Source of the DNA: Balanoglossus misakiensis
Lineage: Eukaryota; Animalia; Hemichordata
Reading direction: 5' to 3'
NCBI GenBank assembly: GCA_040954595.2
Contig: CM082579.2
Location: 5,755,625 to 5,819,624 of the forward strand
Length of the DNA: 64,000 nt
The notes beneath the pieces were generated by a model. The model saw only the letters and a list, made by a program, of their open reading frames with translations, did not search any database and had not been told where the DNA came from. Both the position numbers and the translations under genes were made by a program. The stretch's first letter is position 1. The number at the start of each line of letters is the position of its first letter. Of this stretch, positions 38,977 to 51,900 are shown piece by piece.

Positions 38977-39452
38977 GCACTTTTACCAGTCAACTTATTT
39001 TACTCACAATAATATAATAACAAAGATAATACAATAGGATAAAATAAGACCCAAGATATTTCAGCACAATGAAAGTGTATCTTAGGGCTACCATGACAAA
39101 TATCTCAAGAGACCATCCCCCCCTTCATGTTTACATCAAACCAACCTCTCTGTTGCTAGGCATCCACAACAGATGCACGATTTGATTGAAATAAAAAAAA
39201 AAAACTTTAAAGACTAGAAATGCAAGTTGCAGTATGTGTGTGCTTCAGGAGACAGAAATGTCTCCTGTCAGCGACTGAAATTAAAATGCTGCAAAGTAGC
39301 TGCACTATTCTAAGAAATCTGTATAGCGCCACCACAAGGCAAGAATGCTGATACAGGGACCAGCTAGTCCACTTGGCACAGTTGAACATACATCCATTTT
39401 TGTAGTACACAAATCTTAAGTTGGAAGCAACTACTTTTAGTGATTCCTATAA

Positions 39453-39536
39453 CCCTTCCACCCCCAGTTCCCTCTGTAGGGGCCAACCTTACCATAGAAA
39501 ACAATGGGACTGGACCAAACCATTGTGGCCAGAGGG
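39453..39536. mobile_element. Short piggyBac-like MITE
   Basis: ATAA-CCCT ... AGGG-TTAA ends; a diverged inverted copy lies at about 62584-62667. Confidence 0.55.
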
Positions 39537-42500
39537 TTAAAGCTGCCCGAAAGACATGGCATGGCTAACAGGAAGTACTTGTTATTGTTTCAACACTATC
39601 AGTAGCACCATTCAAACTAAGTATTTGGAAAAGGCATAATTTACAGCCGCTTGTAATACATTTTACTCCCCCAAAAAATATTTTCACATCAAACAGCTAT
39701 CCTGAATTTTCCACTGCAGTTTGTTTTGGGACCCACAAGAAAGCGATCAGTAGGGTAAATTTACATCCAAGAATTGTACTTTTAAAAGTTCAAAACAAAA
39801 CAAAAATCAAAATATAATTTTAAAAGGCTAATACTGAATTGAAGTTTCATCCCGGCTGAAAGACAGTGTTTTAATTGATCAGCTTGTTCATGTGTATCAT
39901 TAATACCCATACTTTATTGTGGATTTTTGAAAATTCACATTTCAATATTCAAGTTCTATTTAACTATAACTGTAGACCAAAACTCAAAATTATACAAATG
40001 AGGTTGCAGGTTACAATACAGAAATCTGTCACATTTTTTTAATATTCAATAAATGTTCATATACATGTACACAGTAATACAAATATTTCAATAACACTAG
40101 TTCTGCTTTGGGGCTGACAATCTAGAAAAAAATCTTTATATTATATTCATTTCCAGCCCATCAAGATTGTGGCCAAATATTCTTGGACATTACGGTAATT
40201 TACATGGTTACAAAAAAGGGACCTCCTAACTCGTGTGGGTGTATTTTGATAGAAAAAAAACAAAAGAAATCACTGGCATCAACTGTAGCTGGCAGTAGAG
40301 AGCAATCACAAATTCTGGACGGAGAACGTCTGTCGTTTTGGAAACAGACTATATGATAACAAGACTGACGTCTTATTAGACTACATGCAAAAAATAATAT
40401 AGGACACAGTAGTTTTAGTTTGCTATTTCTGAATGAGACATGCAAAGTTGACCTGTTGGTTGATATCAATGTGAAATACTTGAGTTGCATACCTGTCAAA
40501 TAAAAAACTCATGGCTTTTGCCGTAGCACTTGAGAAACTTTTAATTGTAAAAAAAGTTGGCTCTTAACGATTTCCACTTAGCTGCAACTCAAGGTGGTTG
40601 GTTATTGAGTCTCAATATTATCACCAGTAATTAACAACCACCCCCACACCATGTCTCCCCCTCCCAAACCCCAATCCAAATCACCCCACCTCTGAAAACC
40701 TAACCCTCTGAGCTCCAAGCACTGACTTTCACAAACAATGTGCCAAAAACAAAACAAAATTCACCTGCTTAGCCTAATTCAACTCTAAACACAACTGGAT
40801 CCTACTTTGCTTTGAACAACTTGTTTTTTTCAAAGAAGTCCCACAAGACGAATAAAAGCCTGCATAGTTACGAATTGTAAAGAAAACTTTCACACTCAGT
40901 ACTTCTGCTGAAATGTTCTTCTTGTTGTTTTTTGGCAAAGCTTATATAAAATGAGTGAACAATATGTAGAAGTCACCTTTGAAAGAGCAAGGGCAAGTTT
41001 GTTTGCAGCTGCTGTTCTGAAAATACAAACTGCTCACAATGCGTAGCAGGGATTTTACAAAACACGTGAAGGGGTCACAGATATGCTTGCTACAACAACA
41101 CAGATACACAGCATGTATTACGCCATTATGAAACTGCATATTTTGTCGCACAAAAAGAAAAATCTGGTGATTTTTGACCTGATGTCTGGAGTACATATAT
41201 GCTATTCTCTGATGAGTTAACAATGAGCAGCATTCATAAACATGAGATCGTTCTTAAAAAGTGCAGCATATATCTCATCTACTCCCAGATCGCATTAAAA
41301 GGGGTCTGGCTGTTTAAGATGTAAACCTTCCAATGTTAAGTCAATGGAAACATATGCAACATTAACTTTACTACGAAGATGTAATTTCCCTTCATCAAAA
41401 AAAAAATTGTAATGAAAATACAGCAACAGATATGGCGTAAGTTTTTACTAATTATTTCAGATACAAGTTATTTTCGTACTGATTTTATTGCTCTTTATTT
41501 TCTGTAAGCCTGACCACCCCTATTAGCATGTAAATGTAACAGGCCAGGCTTGGTGAACACAATGGGGCTACTTGATGCGCTCGGGGGAAATACTGAGGGG
41601 GGAATAACCTGCTGTGTAGTTCTAGATTCTGACAATGGTGGAAGCTGCAGCCTCACCCTGTCTCGTCTGTGCTGAAAATATCTCCACTTTTAAAATATTT
41701 GAATAAAATACTGATAGTGTATACGATAGGAGTCTCATTGTGTTCTCGGCAATCATATCAACTTCTGGGGCATTGTTAAGTTTCATATCTGGTTGAAGAA
41801 ATCCTGGCTCTGGTTGCTTTTCAAACGCTCATCAGCTCAACTCAGACTGTGCAAAAGTTTCATGCAAGTCAAACTTTGGATTGGCGTAAGTTCCGATTTG
41901 ACTTTTTATTTTTAGGCAAGGCTATTCCGACATACAGTACACGATGAAGGGGCAAAAGAGTTCAAGTCTCCGAACAGATCCAGCTGTCGTACTTCTGGAA
42001 ATATGCTTCTGCGAGTGTGTAAAAAAACTGGAGCCCTAGGCGAAAATGACACTGTACTTTTGCAATCTGATGCCAAGCTGCACAAAATGAAGTCTTTTTC
42101 TTCCATACACATAAGTATAATTCACATAACCAGCCCTTCCCTCAGAGATCACATCTGAACGTTCAACCAGAGACAGATCACTACAGTATTCTGATTACCC
42201 ATGCAAACAACATAATCACATTTCACTAATAAACTGACATCATTACATCAGCAGTGCATGTCGGAGCCCTGGATGATGGGACTTCACAAGTCCTGTCATC
42301 GAAAACTTCCCTCTTCGCAACTAAAATCACACCCGGAGTAATAGGCTTATCGCCCCGAACCTCAGTCTCAAGCAATATACTCTCGGAGAATCAACCGAAC
42401 ATGTCAGGCTTGGGGAAAACTTGCCACCAAATGACTGTCTGGCTCGTCGACGTCAAATTGATTCACACTAGAAGCTGTCTGCACGCGACGATTCTCACGA

Positions 42501-42971
42501 CTTCAACTGGCATGGCTGATTAGCTGTGCTAGTGAAAGAACAGCCAGTCGATGAGTAGAACGTTGAATCAGTGGAACGTGTTTCTCCTGATCTCACCTCC
42601 TGCTGATGAAGGTACAGTCCTTCTCCCTCGGGTGCACGGTCGCTGGGTCGACGGCAGTGTGCAGTGAGTTCAAACACTTGTGGCCTCGTTCTCTTAACTC
42701 TAAACACGACCTACAATTTCCAACGGAGTCTGTCTCCGCTGACCCGACGTGTCAACCAATCTGTCTGACCTCGGGGTCAAAACACACACCTACAACGTTG
42801 TGATCCGAATCGCGGATCACACGACGTCATCACCACCGCGCCGTGGCAACGCCTCCCCCACGATTTCTCTCAGCAACGGCCCCAGAGGGCGCTGTTTTGC
42901 AGAACTCCCTTAAAAATACACAGGGTATTAAATAAAACGTCCGTCTTCCACTGCCCCTTCGTGGCTTGCTT

Positions 42972-45900
42972 TCAGAGCCGTTTCTCGTCCACGTCAAAGT
43001 CTAACACTAACAGTTTGGTTTCCTCCGTACCGTTCCGACTGCCGACCGCGCACACCAACTTGGTCTGACTGGCGCGTATTCTCCACACCACGCCACCGCT
43101 TCCCCCACTCTCCAGGGTCACAAGGTTCCTGATAAACTCGCCGGTGTTGAGGTCCCAGATTTTCACAGTTCCGTCGTCCGAGCTCGTGATCACAAATTTC
43201 TTGTTGAACTGGAGGCAGGTCACTGCACTCTGATGCTTGTTAGGTCCTACAAGACAGAGAAAAAAGTTGGTATTGATCAATACATAAGCAAATGAACTTT
43301 GTATAGCAAAGCATACAATGTGAGAATACATGACACACAATGCTTGCATGAATATTAAAAAACTTCCTGAGCACAGTCCCAGGTAATTTCCTGCGTTCAG
43401 ACATACAGTGATTGATGATTTAATTTTTAACACTTTCTAGAGAGGAACAAGAGCCTTTGGGGATCTGTCAGGTGCTGACTGATACATACAACCTGGAACA
43501 AGCCTCGTTGATTGCATTCCTATTTCCTGTCATCCAGTGTGTAGGTGTAGAAGGTCTAATTTGAAGAGTAACGACAATGAGGATTTGCATACATGATTTG
43601 TAGAAAAGTCCATCCTGCCCCCAGAAAGTATGAACTTGTTGTTGTAGTGACCCCTGATATTGGTCGATCCATAAGGTTTTCCTGACCAAAATTAATTAGC
43701 CATTTTTACAGATTTCAACCGTTTCGGGTGTGAGGTCAGAGACTACTCGGCGTTTACAAAAACACCACAACATAAAGGTCAGAGGTCACCCTCACCTTGT
43801 AACGTCTGCAGACACTGCCCCGTCTGTATGTCCCAGATCTTGACGGTGGAGTCGGCGTTTCCTGAGACAAGAATGTTATCCTTGAGTTCCATGCCACTGG
43901 TCAGAGACTGGTGGCCCATCAGTGTGTGTTTGCATTCCCCAGTCTCCACGTCCCACACCCGTATGCTCGTGTCCAGCGAGCCGCTCACTATATGTACTCC
44001 ATCAAACTGAAAATAGCAAAAAAAAACAGGAAGGTTGGCTTAAATGATAACAAAAACAAAGGAAACAACCACCACCAGGAAATTTACCCTTGTCATTATT
44101 ACATTACTTTTTTATTTTTCTCAAAAAAGTAACCGTCTCCCTGTTTCAGGGGGGGGGGGGGGCATTTTTGTTAATGCACTGAGAATACTTTGAAGCAATG
44201 CAGTGTACAACAGGCATTGTTAAGCGACAGCAGATACCGATACAAGTCACAATGGGCTATTGTTATTTGTTTTTATAATCGTAGGCTTTGTACTCCAGTC
44301 CACAGTACGTGTTGCAACTGTCGGGGTATAACAATAACTGCATTCCTATCCACTGAATCACCATTCCCACCGAGGTCATCCCCCCGCGTGTATGCACGAA
44401 AATGGAACACTCCACAAGGATCCATTGGACTACTGCAAGTTCCACGTGCTGTTGGGGGTGGGTAGGGTGGGGAGAGGGGGGGGTTTCGATTCTCACCTGT
44501 AACGAGTAGACCCGATTCGTGTGACCTTGTAACGTGTGCAGACATTCCTCCGTCTCGGGGTTCCACACTTTCACCATGTAATCGTACGCCCCGCTGACCA
44601 CCCGTCGGCCGTCGTACTGCACGCACCGCACGGCCGCTACGTGGCCCATGAGCACGTGCAGACACTGGCCGGTGTCGATGTCCCAGACTCGGAGTGTGGC
44701 ATCTCTTGAACCGCTTACAACTCTGTCAGTGCCAAAGTGTGGTGATAAAAAAAACAACAGAAATTAAGTCTCAGATAAGTTATGTTGTGTCATCCTCAAT
44801 GTAGAATAAATTCATTCCCCCAGGAGTATCTGAATTTTTACAGACCAAGACTGGGGATGTTGCGGCCCACTGGTTGTAAATTCTAAGACACGACATTCTG
44901 GTTAAAACATTTTAATGCAAAGTTTTGCAAAAATCTGCAAGCAAAGGCTGGTTGGAGCTGGAGTGCCATAAAATCTCCATAGCACAAGGGAAACGTTTCT
45001 TAAACATCTAAATAGCACAGATCACATGACAGTGTTAAAGAAACACACAACCAGAGCTTTAAATCATGCCACAGAGGATTTTCATAAAAAATTTTACTGC
45101 CGGATACAAGCTTCGACGACCGAGGTTTCCACTTTCAAAAAACCTCTCTCAGGAAGAGTTTACATAAACTACAAGCACTTTCATGACAGAATCTGTCATT
45201 TTGATTACATTTGAAAATTTACGGCCTGGCCATTTTGTAAATCGATATGATATGCATCGTGGGCATTTGAACATTTCTACTTCAGACGTGATGAACTGGT
45301 TTTTAATAGTCAAGAGGCGTTCGCTTCATGAAATACAAAATGCTCAGCTAGACTGCAGTCCAGCCTCTGCGGTTACATGGTCAGAGATATAGCTGCACTT
45401 TTTACCATGTATACATTTTTCATTGCAAAAAGGGCTGGTGCCAGGCACGTCAGTGATATTTCACAGTCACACCTAAGACACACACGTCTATGCCCAAAGT
45501 GGGACTTGACATAGGTCATAGGTCACTCTGACATAGGTCAGAGGTCACCACAACCTGAAAAAGACCCCCCCAAGATCAGAACTGTGACTTACTTATTGCT
45601 GTGGAGACACATACATCGCACCGTGGATGTATGGCCGTACAGTGTGTGTATGCACTGCCCCGTGTCCGCGTTCCACACTTTCAACGTGCGGTCCGTCGAC
45701 CCGCTGATGATGATGTTGTTGGACATCTGCGACGACCACACACCACCCGTGTGACCCACCAGTGTGCGCAAACACTGCAATGGAAAGGTGAGCAGGTGGT
45801 GTTATGTTAACATGCAAATGAAGATCACACGGCACAAGATGTAATGGCAATTCTCTTCAAGAGATTTATGAATAATTAGGGAAAATGTCACTCTAGGCAT

Positions 45901-48900
45901 TGGCATTAACATCATAATATCTGACTCTGACAGGAATACTCACTTTTCCTGTGGTTGCCGACCACACTTTGAGTGTATTGTCATCTGAACCACTGACTAT
46001 CCTCTGTCCACAGAACTGAAGACATGTAATTACATGGTCATCGTGGCCTTTTAGAACCTACAACACAAAGAACAAGACAGAAGAAAACCAAGATTTAGGA
46101 CAACTACAGTTGCATTTGACTCCAACTATTTCCATTATCAAATTTTCAATGTTGTTACACCTCTTCACAACAGCCTCTCACTGGTGTACCAGAGTGCATG
46201 CTGGGTAAAAGGTCAACTGCTGTTATTTAGGGAGGTCTACAAGCAATGCGTTCACTTGACCAAAGAAATCTCATTTTTTGAAAACCGTATAATGTTCTCC
46301 AATGCACTTGAATGGCAGCAGTGGATAAGTAAAGGTCACACTGTTTGCATGTGACCTATTTACTTCGGCATTCTGCACTATGTTTCCACATCCACCCTCT
46401 AGGGAGGGCACATTACCCCCAGTAACAAGATCGGAAACACGCACATCGGCCGAGAGGGAACAGACCACACCGATACACCAGCGAGAGACTGAGATGACAT
46501 TCAGTGAACTAACAAAGAAAACATTAAAGAGATATCATATCATCCCTGGGGCATTTGCTTTAAATGCCCAGGTGAGAAACGGAAAGCTGCGTCAACCTGC
46601 ACGTTGCTAATCCGCCTCATCACCATGGTAACTGGCTGGAGGCTGTTAAGACATAGCCACTTCTGCAATGACAGAAACACAGACATGATTGTATATAGAT
46701 GCAATAACTTGATGTGAACACTGCCACTTGGGACTTGCGTCCACCGGTGCTACATAATGGCCGCTTCCAAAATATTGCGAGCGTGGGTTCCAGAGGTATG
46801 AACACAACTAACCAAATTTCAGTGACTGTGATTAATACTGATTAAAATACAGGCAACAACCACTTAATTTTGCTTTTTCCATGGCCTGTTTTAGGCAAAC
46901 TATGCACTCATATTCCATATCCCGGAAGAACTGTCACTGGAAATTGGCAAGCAGTGTTTCTGGTACCTCTGAAACGCACACACACAAGTACATCTACTCA
47001 CTACGGAGAACAAGAAAATGTCGATTATTAACCTTTACCTTGGGGCTCCTAATCTCACCAAACCTCCAATTGTACTCGATCTGGTGCTGCCTCATGAAGG
47101 CGCTCTTCCAGGGACTTCGCGGCACCCCCGAGTTGGACCGCCGGCGCGTCTGCTTGCCGTTGACTTCCTCGATGCCGGCCTCTTTGCATTTCTCCCGCCA
47201 CAGCAGGTTGTCCTCGCAGAGAATCCTCCAGTACTGGCACGTCTGGGCCGCTCGCAGTAAGTCCCTCGGTTCCAGAAAGGAGAGCACGTAGAGAGCAAGC
47301 TGTTTGGGGGAAGACAAAGGCCAAAGTAATGTCAGTACATGTACAGGCTGGGATTTGTCTCAGACTATTACACACATTGTTCATACGCTCGCAGTCATTC
47401 AAAATTTAAGGCCAAACATGCCAGTTTCCAGGAACGACTGTGCAGTATTTTTGGCAAAATTTTTTTAATTCAATATTTTTTGAAAGCGCAAGCTTAATTA
47501 ATTTTCCAGTGCTTTCCAGGGGTAAATTTCATGTTTCATGACTTTTTGCCCTTGTTTCTACCAAAGATCATAAATCTGCTGGCCTCAACGCAATGAACCC
47601 AGAACAACGTCTACCCCTACCACCATCCTGTCACCCCCATTTCACAGTAAAGCCGGTCCGACCGTATTTATTGAAAGCCACAGGGTTGAATCCAAGTGTG
47701 ACGATGAAAAGGTTAGATGAAAAGACAGCATTAAATATTGACAGGTACAGACAGAACCTGCACATCAAAATGGAGAAATCGTGTCCGCGTCCCAGGTAAC
47801 CCGCCACAACACAGATCCCGATGCGTGCGAACAACTGAATTATTTAATCGGCTATCGGAAAAGAACAGGAGCATCACTAATATTACGGCACTCAGCCGAC
47901 GGCGAGCTAAACTCCTACGCTCCGCACACGCATAAAAAATGCAAGCATCAAACAGAGCAAAAGTCATTCATAATCCAATATCTTGACACGGCTCCTGCAT
48001 AATTCATGGCATCTATTTCAAGAAGACATCTATGCCTGTTAATGTCCTATTAACTCAGCGTACAAAGAAGGCGATGACATTTCAAATTCAATTCAATCCA
48101 CACACACACACACCGCGAAAAAAAAACAAGCCCCAGATTATTTTCTGCCAGCGTTGCCTTAAAATTTGTAAACTGATCACACGCACTGCAATATCATCAA
48201 TGTTCACTGCCATCCAGGGATTAAATCGCCATCAAAAGCATATTTTATCGGATTAAAAAACATATGGCAGTTGTTGCAGAAAAAAAAGGTAATAAAGCAA
48301 GCACATTTGTTATTGTCTCAGAATTGCAGGCAGATCTTTCATTATTTGGAAGACTCTGTGCGTGATGGTATCTATCACGTTCAATTCTTGACCCGTCCTA
48401 TTTTTCACTGTCTTGTTATTTTCCTTAAAACGTTCTCCGCGCGATTGAACCTGGGTCACAGGTGCTGAAGACAAAATACCATTAACTCGCTTCTGCACTC
48501 AACTGATTTGCGCATCTTCACTGTAGCCAAAAGTGCAACCTATGCAATTTTCAATCACCGTGCCAAATATAAAAACTTCTAAGTGGGAAACCAAACATCG
48601 TGTATTTGCCAAATAAAATAGAAAAAGCAGATCGTGACAGCACAATGCAAAATGTGTACTCAGACACCCATCAATCAAGACACTGTGTATCTTTGAAATC
48701 AATTTCCCAGTCTTGCTCCGCAACTGAAAATCCTGAATTCCCCCCGACCACGGGGCGTACGAAATCTTCGAACAATGCCCTGCATTCAGATTCCGAAATC
48801 CTGTTTGGATCAAGGCTGGCGTGTTTCTCTTTACTTTCAAGTCAGAAATTAATCAAAGCCGTGCATAGAAATGTCAAGATGACAAATGTAAATGTTTGAA

Positions 48901-51900
48901 ATTCCAGTGTTATTTCAATATCTCCAGATTCCCGCAAATACTTTAATCACTTCTTTTTCAGTGCATGTTAGTGTCAGCACTTACAGCATACCCCCAAATC
49001 AAATTAGTTTATGATGAAAAAAACTATCACAAAAAATTTATGGCTACATAAAATTGTCTATAATACACTATTAATGTTATCAAGCAAATTTGATGCCACA
49101 CTATCAGTTGCTTGGCCTCACCACATGCACACAGAGACACCGATGTAATCAGATTTAACTGGTGCAGCAGAAAATAATGGACGACAACACGGCTGATAAC
49201 AGTTTGCACCATCCAGAAATGATAGTCCATTGAAGTTTAATGAGATTGGTGCGAGACAAGCCTGTCAACAGAACTTCACACATCGCCTAATGGTGCTGGC
49301 CTGTGTCGTTTACAACTCATCATTGCCACTACTATTTTCTTCTTTCTGATAACTATGATTTAACTTTCAGCATTGTTCCAGTGTTGTGAGATGGAAACTA
49401 AACGCCAACAGAAGTAACAGCACAGAAATTTTGATTGCCGGTTTATGGGTCTGTATAAAAAATTCATTATTATCCAAAGGTGAAGTGATGACTGTTTCCA
49501 CCCAGGTCAATCATACACCGTCGTGACTGAGAGACACAACAGATCTCTCATTAGCCATGGCCTCTCTCTCTTTCTTCTTTTTGTAAGTCATCATTTAATA
49601 CTTACCTCTCTGGGGAGAAGTGATATGAAATCTCTTTGGAACTGTGGCTCTATGATAGACATCACATGTCGAACCTGGGAAGGATCGCATCTGTTTATCA
49701 GCTCATCCAACGCCATTAACCTCTGTGCCGCACTCCAGTTCTGAAAAAATAAAAACAGAGAAAACCCATCATTGCACAACGCAGTTCAAATGCTCATCAG
49801 ATCTCGATGTTTGAGCATGAATTGTTATACTCTGATATTGGAAGTTTTCTTGTTGACAGGAGGAGTACTGGGTATATTAGCATGATATTTCAAGTAGAAC
49901 AAGAAATTGCATTCGGTACACAGAACAAAAATACTGGAAATAAAGCCAGAAGATAAAGCTAATGTCCCTTTAATATTCAATTCAGTCATTACACAACACT
50001 CCTCCAACCGACCATGTACGTGCAATTCCTGTAGGTTCCTACGATTTAGGTTCTCCTAATACCCACAACTGGATACATAAATAATGTATTGCAATATCAT
50101 ACATAAACTCTTTTAACCCAAATTACACTGTAAATGTAAATAATTGCAACGACCTGCTTTTTTTCCTAGGTCAAGTTAACCGCTCGTGACATCAATACAG
50201 ATCATCTCATTTCCCCGATCTCAATTCTTATTGACGGTCACGAAGTGGGGCATTTGAAATAATGATCTCCCGATCAACGCAAGTCAGAAATGAACTTGAC
50301 GAAACTGACAGTGAGTGGGTGGATTTGGAAGTTACGGTTATTGAAGAACATATTAGACAGGAACCCAGTATTCACAGAGGACGCCTCGACCTAATTAGAG
50401 TCTCTGACACTTTGATAATATGGAGGGAGATGAATCATACATCATTTGCCCAGTAAATCAATTTCCCTTTTACACTAAACTAAATTCATGAATCAGGAAT
50501 CAATGAACTTCAGGTGGTTGTTCAGGGGCGAGGCAAAGGCATCTGCTACTGAGAACACTTTGTGTATAATCCACTAACTACATCTTCTCGTCGAATTATG
50601 ATGATTTCTTGATTCGCAGAAATCACGCTGAAATGACGATAAGAAAATGCTTTCTCCTAGATCACTAACATCGGCGCCGAGAAGCACGTCGCAATGAAAT
50701 GATTCCGCTGTGAGATCTGAATCTACCGCGCGTCTCCAGGATCAGAGAACAAAGCCAGGATCAGAGAACCTCCAGCGAGATTATGGATCTTGTAATGGTG
50801 AACTGATACATAACAGGGGATTGTTGTAGCAGAATACCCAAGAGTTTGACAGTAGAAAGACTCTTCTGTACTACACAGGAATATCAAAATTAAGCCGTGT
50901 TTTAATAATAGACTACTTTCTTGTCTTTTTTCCCCTTCCCTCACACAACTTCCACATGTGTATACAACGCACAACTAGATATTATTTTTTTTACCTGAAA
51001 TGTTTTCAGCCATTCGTTGAGCTCTGGAGGTGGGGGATTGACTCTGGAGGACAGCCTTCGCCTGGGCGGTTGGCATTCACTTGTCTTCACTGTGCCGTAG
51101 TTGTGATGGTGTATGCAGGACGTTAGCAGGTTGCTGTCGATCAATCAGATAAAGAGGGAAGAGATTAATACTTTGAACTTCAACTTCATACTAAAAAATT
51201 TTCAAGGGCTGCTTCAAGCAGTAAAACTTAGAAACAGCAAGTATTGATTTCACCCCTTGCTCTTAAACCTTCTCACAACAATGCTTTGTTGTTGGGATAA
51301 GGATGGACCAATAAAGTGTGCAGTGAAACAGGAGTGAAAGGTGGAATATAACAAGACAGCATCAGCTATGAGTGTATTGTCTCTTATCCCACTTAAAGGA
51401 TGCCAAGTTAGTCAGTACTTGAAGTGAAAAAACCTGGAAGTGATCTAATGAAGATGTCAAACAAGGGCGTAACATTACAGTTTATCCTATTAATTATAAC
51501 GATACTGAGTCAACATTTGGGTCAATGTTGATTGGGGGAACTGAACGAGTCAGAACTGTATTATCAAAACTGCCATAGCATTAATTAATTGAACTGCTGT
51601 CCATTACACTGTACTGCAATCAAATTGGACAGATTTAGGTTTGATCTGTCAGAAATGCAGCGGTAATTCAAAAGATCCAGTCACACCCGCTCTCCAAGCC
51701 AAACAGATATACAGGGACACATCAGTGACATTGTGAAAACTCTGACCTTGCAATAAAAATTCATTTGAAATATACATGTACTAAACTCACCACGGATCAA
51801 AACATGGCACAATAATACAGCATACTGGCAATGAATGACTAACCTTGTCCGAACTACCTGCTCATTAAATTTCATGCGAGTTTTGCAAAACTGAACATCA

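Noticed and set aside
39560-39630. Possible miR-29-family gene on the plus strand
   Set aside because: No upstream arm complementary to TAGCACCA, so no proper hairpin; better read as a target site on the minus strand.
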